A DNA stretch of 63,946 nt, filler included, from Octopus bimaculoides (lineage: Eukaryota): assembly GCF_001194135.2 (NCBI RefSeq). It is 7 parts of 7 records of this genome, joined end to end, with 100 filler letters (N's around TTAATTAATTAA, not from the genome) between each part and the next. Parts side by side here need not be neighbours in the genome. Positions count along the whole stretch, not along the records: positions 1 to 14,352 come from NC_068982.1; positions 14,453 to 29,514 come from NC_068988.1; 5 more parts are not named here. One strand, given 5' to 3'. The notes under the pieces are model-generated. The model saw only the letters and a program-made list of their open reading frames with translations. It was not told the origin of the DNA and did no database searches. Below are positions 12,031 to 24,170 of the stretch, piece after piece (position 1 is the first letter of the stretch; the number at the start of each line of letters is the position of its first letter). Made by a program: the position numbers and the translations under genes.

Positions 12031-14066
12031 TTTTACTTTAAAAATAATTTATATACAACTCCGACTTCATTCTTTGTTCACCCTTGTGAATTACCTTTCT
12101 TAACACCGAGAAATACCTAACATATCCTCTGGTAAGCGCACACACCTTACTTTGGAAAGTTTCTTATATGCATTCATTGTAAAATATTTTTTAAAATTTA
12201 TATTATCTTTCTTTAAATATAATATATTTTATCAATTGATAATCACTTCATTCTCGTTTTAAAAAGTTATGGACTATTCAAAATGTAAAAGAAAAAATCA
12301 TTTATGTCCAGGAAAGACATAATATTGATATTAGATTATTTATATTTTTTATTTATAATTTCATATACGAAGTATAAATGCTGTTGATTCAGTAGTTTTG
12401 AATAGAAAAACGTTATTACTCTCTAAAAGTTTCACACCTCACTTGACTACAGTTTTGCTCTCATGACAATAAATATACGTAAACATAATGAAAAATGTAT
12501 AAGCTTTTAATAAAAAGAAGTAAACTGGTAATGTTCTAGAGATTTAGAATGATGCCACATTTATGTAACAAAACAATATTCAAAATAATATGAGTACAAA
12601 ATGTAAAGTAATAAAAATCTGCCTACGTTTTATGAATAAATATACATGACTGACACCCTGGAAAAAGTGTTTCTCATACATATGTATTACTCTCATTGTT
12701 TATAATTTTACCCCATCTGAAGTAATTTACCCCTGCTTTTATGATCTCTGCCTCAGTGTAACGGCAACGTTTGCAACATTGTCCAGGATTTTTGTTGTAG
12801 TATGAAGTTAAATACTCCTTCTGCGAAAGTTCTTGTGATATTGCAATAATTTGGCAGCGTATCTTCAGCATCAATATCTTCGTTTCCGTTATGTATCAAG
12901 AAATTATAGAAATTATATTGTTGTATGCGTTGGGACCTATTTTCAATGGAATTTTGGCTACATCTAAGATAGCTCAATACAAACCCAGTTTAAATTTCTG
13001 CTTTACATCTTTCGATACTCCTACTTGGATCACATACTCAAATTACCGTTTCCACCACCTGTTTCTAACTTTTATCTCAAAGTTTGGTAGGATGTTTAGT
13101 CTCTTAGAAATTTCATAAGTATCTACTGGAAATTTGTCGAAAATCCTCATTTATTTATTTGTTTATTTATTTGCTTATTTGATATTTCATTTATGAAATA
13201 TAAATGTTGTTGATTCAGTAGTTTTGAAAATAAAATGTTATACACTCTAAAAGCAATGAAAAAAAAAATCATGTTTAACGTTATAAGGTAATATATAATA
13301 TATCTAATTTATCCTCTCCATCTATTGCTGTCTCTGCGTTTCTAGCTTTTACATGCATACAAATACATATGTATGTGTGTGTGTGTGTGTGTGTGTGCAT
13401 ACATGTATCATTATACTGTTGCTCTAAGCATGAGTTTTCCGCTTTTATTGAGCTCTCTGGGTAATAGAAAGAAATACTTTCAGTTTACTTGAAAATTTTT
13501 TATTTCTATAATTACAGATAATTTCTAATTTCTACAAGTTGATTTGAAATTCGATTTTTTTTTAATGTAAATTTTGGTGATTCAAATATTATTGTCAAGT
13601 CTTTCACAGAACAAGTAGTGCGTTATTTGTGTTCATGATATTTCAACTCTTTCGATATTTCACCATCTCTACATCTTACTGTATACAAACAGTAAAGTGC
13701 TCAGACGACTTTCAGTTACGCTGAGGAAGGCACCACATGTCCGTGTATTTCTATATACGGCTGTCGGCAAGGAACATAATCGTCTTATGAGAAGCCGATT
13801 AGAATATATTATGCAATTATTTCAATATGAAGCAAAATTTTATTTTTAACTGTCTCTTCGTTTTAGCTGTACTTATGTCATTATATTATTGCTTTAAGAC
13901 ATTTTGTTTTTCCAATTTTATTGATCACTCTTGCTAATTTCATTGTGCAAAAGAAATATTTTCTTTAGAATTGCGGAATATTTGTGCTTATAATTACTAA
14001 ATCTTACCATCCATCCAATCACCTGTCCGTCCGTCCGTCCGTCCGACGTTCCGTCTGTCTACTTGC

Positions 14067-14067
<1 letters not shown>

Positions 14068-14144
<77 letters not shown>

Positions 14145-14145
14145 G
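14068..14145 (+). repeat. (ATCT)n microsatellite
   Basis: Direct reading. Confidence 0.95.
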
Positions 14146-14352
14146 TCTGTCTGTCTGTCTGTCTCTCATTTACTTCCACCTCTTTCTGTCGGGTCTCTTT
14201 CTGTATACATGCATACAAATGCGCGTAAAAACACACGTGCATACATAGAAGAAAGGCTGACACACGCACACATGCGCATTCATACGCATACATACATACA
14301 TACGCACTTCACATTTACAGAAACAAAATCATATGTAAACATTACACCCCTT

Positions 14353-14452
14353 NNNNNNNNNNNNNNNNNNNNNNNNNNNNNNNNNNNNNNNNNNNNTTAA
14401 TTAATTAANNNNNNNNNNNNNNNNNNNNNNNNNNNNNNNNNNNNNNNNNNNN
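14353..14452. other. Artificial scaffold linker (44 N + TTAATTAATTAA + 44 N)
   Basis: Identical 100-nt construct at 14353, 29515, 39179, 44296, 56589 and 60473; the 12-mer has stop codons in all six frames. Confidence 0.95.
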
Positions 14453-14495
<43 letters not shown>

Positions 14496-14544
14496 TACAT
14501 ATATATATATGTATTAGAAGTATGTCTGGGTGTCTTTGTAACAT

Positions 14545-14725
14545 GTGTTTGTCCATTATTTGACAGCCACTGCTGGTGTGTTTATGTCCCCATATGTCAG
14601 CAAAAGAGACCAACAGAATAAATACCAGGTTTAAAAAGATGACAAGTACTGGGGTTGATTAGTTCGACTAAAATTCCACAAAGTGGTGCCCCAGTATGGC
14701 TGCAGTCTAATGACTGAAACAAATA
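14545..14725 (+). mobile_element. SINE 3' part
   Basis: CTGCTGGTGTGTTTATGTCCCC...GCAAAAGAGACC...CAGTATGGCTGCAGTCTAATGACTGAAACAA; same tail at 34670-34822 and 50085-50270. Confidence 0.7.
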
Positions 14726-15271
14726 AAAACGATATATATATATATATCATCATATATATATATTTACTTTGTGGATGTATGTGTATATATGTATTTATAT
14801 ATTGTCTGGATGTTTTGCGTTCTTGTCCCATTTTGTATTTCATATATATATATATATATAGCGGCATACATACACTTTGGTCTCTTATATGTAAGTATAT
14901 ATTTATTTAAATCTTATATAACTCTCTTCTTTCTTTCTATCAGCCCTTTCACGCTTACTTAGTTCATTCCACTCTTTGTTCTTTTGTTCCCCTGCTCTCA
15001 CATTTCCTGGCCTTCTCTTCATGCTCACTTTTCCTCCTCTTTTCACTTCACTGTGTCCCTGTCACTTTTTCTCGCCCCTCCTTAATTTTTCTGTCCTTCT
15101 GCCTCTACCTCTCTCTCTTCTCTCCCCATGTGACCAGTGTTCGGCCAAGCCTGACCTTTCATTCTTGGTTCTGCCGCCATATGTGCAACATCTGTATTCC
15201 TCCCTGTGCCTGTGAAATCTTGTATCCCTGCCATAAGGCTTTATTTCCACACACGCCAGCNNNNNNNNNNT

Positions 15272-15306
<35 letters not shown>

Positions 15307-15319
15307 TAACCATTCTCTC

Positions 15320-15760
15320 TGCCCATAATTCCTGGGAGGGTCAAGTCTCCTACACAGTGTCATATCAGAAACAACTAACATTACACATTCCAGCTGAATT
15401 CCCAAATGTAACCAGCTGAGGCTATGGATATTATCCAGCCACCATGTCATTGATCTACTTCTAGGTCTCCTGCCAGTGTGCTCCATTTGAAGAATCCATC
15501 TTACAATTCGTTTCTGTGGCATGCTAATCACAAGTCCATAGCACTGAAGCTGTGACCTCTCAATGCAGAGAAGTAGCACTTTGACTTCGAAAGACTCTCT
15601 GATCTCTGAGCTACACAACGTCAAATAAGGTTACTCCAGAGATCCTTTCACAGAACTCCATATTGGCTGCTTGCATTCACTATCATATTCTTTTGGTCAT
15701 TGCCAAGCATTCATAACCATAAGTGCAGATAGGCACAAAAACTGAAAACATAGAATATAT
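15320..15760 (-). mobile_element. RTE-clade LINE, 3' fragment
   Basis: VFVPICTYGYECLAMTKRI..MQAANMEF and IERSQLQCYGLVISMPQKRIVRWILQMEHTGRRPRSRSMTWWLD match the post-RT C-terminus of RTE ORFs. Confidence 0.75.
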
Positions 15761-15949
15761 ATAACATATATATACTACATATATAATCTCATCATCATGT
15801 CATGTCTGTTTTCCATGCTGCCATAAGTTGGGCACTGAGCTCCAATGTTAGCTTTGACATGGTTTCTATAGCTGGATGACCCTCCTAGTGTCAAACACTG
15901 AGTGATTTTTTTTTTGTGACTCGAGTATTAGTGAGATTGCCAAGAAACT

Positions 15950-15984
<35 letters not shown>

Positions 15985-16177
15985 AATAAAAAAACACCTA
16001 CTCAACTGAGTGGAAGTGTATTTGAGAGAATGAGAGTTGGCTTATGCCAGGTGTTGAAAGGCTAAAATATAACAGGTGTTTGCTAAAAAGGGGACACATA
16101 ACTAAGGTTGAATGGCTATCCACCTGATAGGCTCAGGAAAAATTTAACCCATGCCTTTCAAGGAAATTAGCCACCTT

Positions 16178-16290
16178 CAGGCAGTTGATTTCCTTGATGT
16201 GACTTTAAACTTAGTCACTAGTGCTTCCTATGTTTTTCTTTAAGAAACACTCAATTCCCATTGCACTCCAACCCACCCATCACCTCCTCG
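16178..16290 (+). mobile_element. Penelope-like RT fragment
   Basis: QAVDFLDVTLNL and HSNHP motifs of the PLE RT thumb region. Confidence 0.55.
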
Positions 16291-16904
16291 CTTTCAAAAA
16301 AATTAAAACTCAAAATATTTCACTTTCGTCAGATGTTTCACACATGTGTAGAATTCTACTGAAATAGCAGACGTCAAAAAAAAAAAAAAAAAANNNNNNN
16401 NNNNNNNNNNNNNNNNNNNNNNNNNNNNNNNNNNNNNNNNNNNNNNNNNNNNNNNNNNNNNNNNNNNNNNNNNNNNNNNNNNNNNNNNNNNNNNNNNNNN
16501 NNNNNNNNNNNNNNNNNNNNNNNNNNNNNNNNNNNNNNNNNNNNNNNNNNNNNNNNNNNNNNNNNNNNNNNNNNNNNNNNNNNNNNNNNNNNNNNNNNNN
16601 NNNNNNNNNNNNNNNNNNNNNNNNNNNNNNNNNNNNNNNNNNNNNNNNNNNNNNNNNNNNNNNNNNNNNNNNNNNNNNNNNNNNNNNNNNNNNNNNNNNN
16701 NNNNNNNNNNNNNNNNNNNNNNNNNNNNNNNNNNNNNNNNNNNNNNNNNNNNNNNNNNNNNNNNNNNNNNNNNNNNNNNNNNNNNNNNNNNNNNNNNNNN
16801 NNNNNNNNNNNNNNNNNNNNNNNNNNNNNNNNNNNNNNNNNNNNNNNNNNNNNNNNNNNNNNNNNNNNNNNNNNNNNNNNNNNNNNNNNNNNNNNNNNNN
16901 NAAA

Positions 16905-17930
16905 AAAAATTGTGGTTAAAATCTTTTCCGAGGGGATGGGGAGAGGACTTCGGTAAATTTATAAGATCCGAGGTTTTCGCCCATAACTTTGAGGAAAATA
17001 AATATCTTTTAATGAAATTGTATATAAATACCTTTCAAACGACATGCATTAAGGATGCCTAATGTATCGTAAACCCCTTATTTTTGTTCGGAGAAAAAAG
17101 GGGTGGAGGAGAAACCGGAATTATTGGAAAATATATTTTTTTTTCGATGAATGAATTACGGTGACCTAATCTGCAATCTGGAACTAATATATCCAGTGAT
17201 TGGATCTTTCTGAATTGACGGGCGCCACTTGTTTTCTTAACGAAACACTTTCAAACTTGGGATACTGGTAGAATGTGTCATATAAAACATCTTTTTCTCT
17301 TAGCCTTAAAAGTGGGGTGAGGACGGGCGAAAGTCTTTCTGAAAAATGTTTTAGGATGGAGTGGAGTGGGGAATTTCGGAAAATTCACCTGAGTCCACTT
17401 CAATTCGTCTTAACTTTCAAGAAAATGGATATTTTTTAATGAAATTCTCTACAAATATACCTCAGATTATGTAGATTCTGAGGACATAGGAATTTTGGGG
17501 GAAAACAATTGGGGTTATTTTTGGAACCGTTCCCCACATGGGTGTGTTTCGGAACAAGTCTGTATTTGTTTTATTTTCTGTTTTGTGCGTTTGTGCATCC
17601 GTAGATTTCTACCAAACGCGCGCGCGCACACACACGTATGTAATTAAAAAAAGTTCAAACGGGGAATTATTCCATTCAATATCATATCTATTACAGAGAT
17701 TACGTAACAAATTATACTTTACACTTCTATATTTAATTGTGCGTGTATATTCCTTATTTTTGCTTCTTGTGTCTTCTGGGATTCCGTAAAAAAAAAAATC
17801 AATATATATATCCATTTTCCCGAAAGTTATGACGGAAAAATCGGATCTTGTGAATTTTCCAAAAGTCCTACCCCCACCCACCCAGATTCGTTTGCGCAAA
17901 TTTTTTTTGTCGTATTCGTTTTCTACACAG
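16905..17930. repeat. Modular repeat cluster with direct and inverted copies
   Basis: Unit GGACTTCGGTAAATTTATAAGATCCGAGGTTTTCGCCCATAACTTTGAGGAAAAT (~16945) recurs directly at ~17370 and inverted at ~17810-17870; 17200-17300 matches 18877-18990. Confidence 0.7.
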
Positions 17931-19380
17931 TTAACACCCAGCAGGGTGTTTTTTTGTTGTTTTTTTTAACGGGAGAGGATTTTTATATTAACCGTCGGCC
18001 GGGGGCAGAAATCTGTAGTTGTGTCCTATTTTGTTTCGGAGGTCGTTGTTTATGTGCAGATTCAACAACCTTTATTATTTAATCTCCTGTAGGCCAGTAA
18101 ACAATCTTCAGTGCGAAACGAAGCCATTGATGTTTTTTCTTTCCTCGCTCATGATTTTTCTTGTTTTGGATTTATATTTTCATGTGGAATATCTATGTAA
18201 TTAAGTATGCTGTAACAACGAGAGCCTCTGACATGGATATAGCTCTGACGCGTGTTCAATAATAATTAAACGGTTAGAAATTTAAATTTAAAAAATCACT
18301 GTTGAATTTTGAAAACATTTATAATTACCTTAATGTTTGGCTGAGTTATAACTCTATAAGTGAAAACAAAATTATTTCTTCGTAGATGCCTAAATAGTTT
18401 CATAGAAAGACGGCGTGATAACATTGACATGCTGACATACTCAAAGGACAAACTGCAACTAAATAATTGAGTTATCTCCCCATGGTTTATCGGGTTTTCT
18501 TGTCCTGTGCACAATTTACATGTACTTGGTAGGAAGAACAAAGGAAGATGTGCACTTTCTAGCAAGGTCTATTGATTTGTGGGTATCGTACTAAGTGTAA
18601 CACGCAAAAACATGGTTTAGGGAAATAATCTTATGATTCAGGTTCTTTGTTTGCATGATGACGATGTCAAAAATAATCTGGGTACTTCTTCGGTGTGTGT
18701 GTGTGGGGGGGATTCCGAATAAGTGCCATAATGTAATAGTCCATTAACTTTGGAATAGATGTAGTAAATTAAATCGGATCTATTCCATCTCAATCACAGA
18801 TTTTTTAATTAATTTTTGTCAACTAAACAGTTTGAAACTTCGAATACTGGTAAAATTTCTCACGTAGATCCCGGTTGGATCTTTTCCTTTTGGCCGGCGC
18901 ATAGAAAAAATAATTTTTTGTAACTAAACACTTTCAAATTTCGTATACTGGTAGAATGTGTCATTTAAAACATCATTTACTCTTGGCGTTTTTAAGAAAA
19001 TTTTTTTATTTTCGAAGTTATTTCGTGTTAAAGTTGTCGTATTTCGGTATTTTCAACCAATTAATGGAGTCTATTGTGGTGAAAACAATTACTGCTGTGG
19101 TTTGTCAACAAGACGTTCTGGCGGTGTAAATTTACTTTGTCACTGTTATTTCTGATATATTTACATTTGAGATTCACGTGTATATAGTTTAATCAATTCA
19201 ATTATTAGTTATTTAAAAAAAAAATTCAGTTTATTTTGTTTGTAGAAGTATTTTCGTTTTGTTTTAGCGTTTTCGAAATTGCCTATTTTGGGATCTTTTC
19301 CCTTGAATAAAATTACTGCCGTTGTTTGTCAACAACTATCGGCGGTATATATTTTGTTTGTCACTGTTATTTATGACATC

Positions 19381-19490
19381 GGGTTTTAGGGTCAGGGTTA
19401 GGGTTTTAGGGTTAGGGATATGGTTTTAGGGTTAGGTTAGGGTTTTAGGATTACGGTTAGGGTTAGGGTTGGGATTTTAGAGTTAGAGTT
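19381..19490 (+). repeat. Degenerate (TTAGGG)/(TTTTAGGG) array
   Basis: GGGTTTTAGGGTCAGGGTTAGGGTTTTAGGGTTAGGG...GGTTAGGGTTAGGG. Confidence 0.9.
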
Positions 19491-19560
19491 ATAGAAAAAT
19501 GTGAAAAATGAAGAAATTGGAGGAGGTGGGCAAAAATGTCTTTCCGAAAATAGCTGAAAA

Positions 19561-19672
19561 AAACCCTAACCTAACCCTAACTCTCAAACCCTAAAACCCT
19601 AACCCTGACCCTAAAACCCTAACCTTAACTCTATAACCCAAACCCTAACCCTAAAACCCTAAAGCTAAAACC
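19561..19672 (-). repeat. Degenerate (CCCTAA)/(CCCTAAAA) array, inverted relative to 19381-19490
   Basis: AAACCCTAACCTAACCCTAA...CCCTAAAACCCTAACCCTGACCCTAAAACCC. Confidence 0.9.
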
Positions 19673-20454
19673 AGTACAAATGCACGAACGATGTCATAAA
19701 TAACAGTGACAAAGTAAATTTACACTGCCAGAACGTCTTGTTGACAAACCACAGCAGTAATTGTTTTCACCTCAATAGACATCATTGATTGGTTGAAATT
19801 ACCGAAATATGACATCTTTAACACGAAATAAATTTGAAAATAAAGAAGTTTCTTAAAAACGCCAAGAGTAAATGATGTTTTAAATGACACATTCTACCAG
19901 TATACGAAATTTGAAAGTGTTTAATTACAAAAAATTATTTTTTCTATGCGCCGGCCAAAAGGAAAAGATCCACATGGTTTACTCTTAACGTTTTTGACAA
20001 AATTTTGTATTTTAGAAGTTGTTTCGTGTTAAGGGTGTTGTATTTGGGTAATTTCAACCAATCAATGACGTGTATTCGGTTGAAGAAAGCTACTGCTGTT
20101 TATGATAGTAATCGAAGAGGAACAACTTCCAGGTCATCTCTACTAAATGTCACTACTCTGTTCTCTGTTTACTCAAAAACATTAAGAGTAAACCATGTTC
20201 TATGTGAAAAATTTTACCAGTATTTGAAGTTTCAAACTGTTTAGTTAAAAAAAAAAAAATTAATTAAAGAGATAGAATAGATCCATTAAATCAAACCTAT
20301 ACATTACATGTATTTATTTTGCTGATCTCAGCTAGATGACAAGTTAGGTTGATTCTGGAGTTACACTTAGAGTGTAAATAGATGTAACTTAATACAGCAA
20401 ATATTTTGCTCAGCATTCTTCACTTTTTACCGCACCACCATGCTTTATCTTTTA

Positions 20455-20820
20455 CTTTCTTTTTAATTGTTTCAGTCATTAGACTGCAGCCATGCTGCTA
20501 CACCACCTTGAAAAGTTTCGTCCAATGAATTGACGACAGTACTTATTTCCTTTAAAGCCTGATACTTATTCAGTTGGTCTTTTTGCTGAACCGCAACGTT
20601 GTGGTGACATAAACACACCAGTGTCTGTTGTCAAGCGGTAGTAGGAGTAAGCAGCACACATATACGACAGGTTTCTTTAAATTTTTGTCTATGAAATCCA
20701 CTCACAAAGCTTTGGTTGGCCCAAGGCAATAATAGAAGACATTTGCCCAAGGTGCCACACAGTGGAACTGAGCCCAGAACCACGTGGTTGGGAGCCAAAC
20801 TGTTTGCCATACAGTCATGC
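20455..20820 (-). mobile_element. Near full-length tRNA-derived SINE with CORE-like segment
   Basis: GAAGACATTTGCCCAAGGTGCCACACAGTGGAACTGAGCCCAGAACCACGTGGTTGGGAG plus the inverted 3' tail TTGTTTCAGTCATTAGACTGCAGCCATGCTG. Confidence 0.75.
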
Positions 20821-21619
20821 ATTATAGATGAAAAAGGTTTTCTTTCTATTCACCAACAGATAAATAGTAGTGATCTCTGACATTGTCAAATACATATTTC
20901 AGAGAGGTAACAATCAATCAAATTGTTTCCTAGTATACCATCGTTGCCTATTGTATCAGTTTCAATAGAATGAAGATAAAATCAACATCAACAATTTGAA
21001 CTCAGAATGTAAAGAAATGTGAATGAATACTGCAAGACAGTTTGTCTCTACAGATTCTTGTCTATATAGTACTAAAATTCAAATTTTGTTTGTCTACATG
21101 TGTGTTCCTTAATTTCAGGTTAAACAATGTACTGTGGACCTAAAATGTTTTTATTAACTTACTCTTGGTCATAAGCCCATCTTGTGTATGAAAAACATAA
21201 ATTGAATGAATCCGACACAAAGAAACTTCAGACCAAGAATTCCATTCATTATCACACTGATACATTTAGAAAGTTTTCACCATCACTGACAACGAAGAAA
21301 ATGAAGAGAACATGCAAAATTATACATATACATACATAAAAAACACACATGCATACATACATACAACTCTGAGATAAAATACAAATCATTCATAGCAGAC
21401 AAATATATGTACATGAATGGGTGCATACATACAAACACACAAAATGAAAAGAATATGCATACAGATATGAAAGGATTTACATGTGCGCACATGCACACAC
21501 AGTTCTGTAATAATATATCATTGTCATTTGTTTTTTTTCTTAATTCTCACTATCTCTCAAATAGCTAAATTCATTCTTTATGCTTTATTCTCTCCTCTGT
21601 ATCTGATGCTCTCTTTCTA

Positions 21620-22070
21620 GAGAGGTAACTGCAGGAAAAGAATTTAGCTAAAACTAAGTAATTACAATTGGCATTTGTTAGCCTGGAGAAAGCCTGACAG
21701 GATCCTTTACTCTGTGATCTGGTCGTCACTGAAGAAGTTATGAGTACATAAATGGTTTGTAAGAGCCATATATATGCCATGTGTAGGGGAATTGTCAGCA
21801 AGATGAAAGTAATGAGTACAGCAATTTAGTGTGCAGGATTCATTTGTCAGCCCTCATATTCATTGTAGTCCGACAGGTCATAACAGAGGAAGTTAAGACT
21901 GGTTGTCCTTGGGAATTACTAGCTTTATATATGGGTAACCTAGTTCTTATGATTGAAACTATCAGATTTACAAAAAAAAAAAAGAAAAAACAATCCAGAC
22001 ATGAAAGCAAAACCTGGAATCAAAGACCAAAGTTTTAGTAAGCAGTAAAACGGACAAGGCTCTATATTCT
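21620..22070 (+). mobile_element. RTE-clade reverse transcriptase relic
   Basis: LQEKNLAKTK*LQLAFVSLEKA (FVDLEKAFD motif) and LSALIFIVVRQVITEEVKTGCPWELL (upstream of a degraded YADD). Confidence 0.75.
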
Positions 22071-22608
22071 TCAGGCATTATTACTATTCTGCTGCCCTTC
22101 CTCTTACCTCACCCACTTTTTCTGCATCCTCAGTCATCTCCCCCAACTCGTGTATCATTGGTCATCCCTAACTCTCACAACCCTACTCAATTTCTAGTTG
22201 TCACCTACTCTTCCCTCCCTCCATTCCTCCTCAACATTTGCTCATAATATTTACTGTCTCACCCATTCCCAATCTCTAACCTGCTCTCATGCACTCTTAA
22301 ATCTACACATCCACATTTCCTATTTTCATATCCTCACTTATATCTACTCACCTTGTGTTTTGGGAGTCAATTCCGATGCCTTACTATAACTATTTTTTTT
22401 ATCTCTTTCCAGTTCTACCCATCCACTTTCACCTTCTCTTCTATAATGTGAGTAGCTGTGGAGTTCTACAAGAAATCTCTCTCACACAGCCCATACCATA
22501 AAGCTGCCTCCCTCTCTATTGTAACCCCACTCAGTCAAAGAAGGTCTTAGTCTCATAGGCTGCATGGTGACCACACATGTGCTGATGCTATATAAAAAGG
22601 ACCTTGTG

Positions 22609-23449
22609 CAAGGCAGTATCAAAAAGTTCTCAGACTAGTTCTGTAGTGCATCAATGGATGACAACACACAGTTGTGTATACAGTGAGAGCTGGCAGTGTG
22701 CTGAGTGACATCACTGTGTTTACTTTGCAAGTTGTGAAATTTGTGTTTTTGTGATCATGTATATGTTTTAGTCTGCATTTTTGTCTTGGACAGGAACAAA
22801 GAGCCAATATGAAAGTTTGTGTTAAACTCGGGAAGTCTACTACAGGGACATTGAGCATGCTTTGGCAAGCTTACCACAATGAGGCAATGGGTTGTACACA
22901 ATGTTTTGAGTGGCATGGGTGCTTGAGCATTACCCCCAGAAATGTGGTAATGTGCATTGAGAATTTGTCTCCCACGGCCAGACGGTCAATCAAGAGTTCT
23001 ACTGCAACATTTTGAAGCGTTTGAGGGAGGATATTTGGCAAAAGCAACTGGATCTGTGGAGTGCAAAGGAATGGATTCTTCATGCTGACAATGCACCCTG
23101 TCACCAAGCACTCCTTGTGAGTTTCTCACCAAAAACATAGTATTACTTCTGCACCCACCCTATTCACCAAATTTAGCACCCATTGACTTCCATCTCTTCC
23201 CCAAGATGAAAAGGCAGTTAAAGGTCACTGTTTTAACACCGTTCTCAAGATCCAGAGTGAATCACAGATGGTCCTTGACATAATTACAGAAAATGACTTC
23301 CAGGCTGGATTCCAAAAGTGGCAGGAATACTGGAACCAGTGGATTGCTGCACAAGGTGACTATTTCAAAGGAGATGATGTTAACATTTAGATAAATAAGT
23401 TATTTTTCATTAAGCATAACCAGTCTGGGTACCTTTTGATACTACCTCA
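22609..23449 (+). mobile_element. Internally deleted mariner element
   Basis: TIRs AGGCAGTATCAAAAAGTTCTCAGACT / AGTCTGGGTACCTTTTGATACTACCTC+TA; EQRANMKVCVKLGKS, HADNAPCH, PPYSPNLAPIDFHLFPKMK, GDYFKG. Confidence 0.85.
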
Positions 23450-23734
23450 TACATGGTGTAAAGTGGTTGGTGTTAGGAATGGCACCCATAGAAATTGAAG
23501 CAGATCCTGTTAAACCCCTGTCAGCATGGAACATGATATTAAATGATGATGATTGCTTCATACACTAGCATGGTAAAGAATTTATGGAATCAATCGCCTT
23601 CTGAATTTAAAAAAAAAAATGAACATAATAGTTAATCCGCACACCCAAAAATACATCTCCAAAAATTTTATTTAAAAATATGAATTATACAGGATAATGG
23701 GACATTTAGGATATTGGGGGAAATTGCTTAGTTA

Positions 23735-24170
23735 CAGACTGTATGGTGCTTGTTATGATGTGGTATGATGAAATTGCTTTGTTATAGGCTGCAGGAAGCT
23801 TGTTATGATGCCCTATAATGAAATTGCTTTGTTATAGGCTTCATGATGCTTATTATGATACTGTATAATGAAATTGCATAGTTATAGGTGGTATGATGCC
23901 TGTTATGAGACTGTATGGTGAAATTGCTTGTTATGAGGCGGTATGATGAAATTCGTTTGTTATAGACTGTATGATGCTTCTTATGATGCTGTATGATGAA
24001 ATTGCATTGTTATAGATGGTATCAGGCTTATTACAATGCTGTATAAAAAAATTGCTTTGTTATAGAGTATATGAAGTTTAGTATTATGCTATGTGATGCA
24101 ATTGGTTTTTTATAGACTTTTTTGATGGTTGTTGTGGTGCTTTATGAGGAGATTGCTTTGTTATAGACTA
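23735..24170 (+). repeat. ~51-bp minisatellite, ~8 diverged copies
   Basis: GAAATTGC(T/A)TTGTTATAG recurs at ~51-bp spacing (e.g. ~23770, ~23821). Confidence 0.85.

Larger units (their letters stand above)
18770..20290. repeat. ~1.5-kb palindromic element with central inverted telomere-like arrays
   Basis: 18877-19160 is the reverse complement of 19690-19972 (few mismatches); 18775-18875 is the reverse complement of 20190-20290. Confidence 0.9.

Noticed and set aside
13710-13750. Hammerhead-like CTGAGGAAGG...CCG
   Set aside because: The required GAAA is absent.
14397-14408. TTAATTAATTAA as a conserved biological motif
   Set aside because: Always centred in a 100-nt N block; an assembly linker.
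19381-19672. Fusion of two independent chromosome ends
   Set aside because: Both arrays share an exact 31-mer with the same variant repeat and the flanks are inverted copies, pointing to one template; kept only as a foldback or sister-fusion hypothesis.
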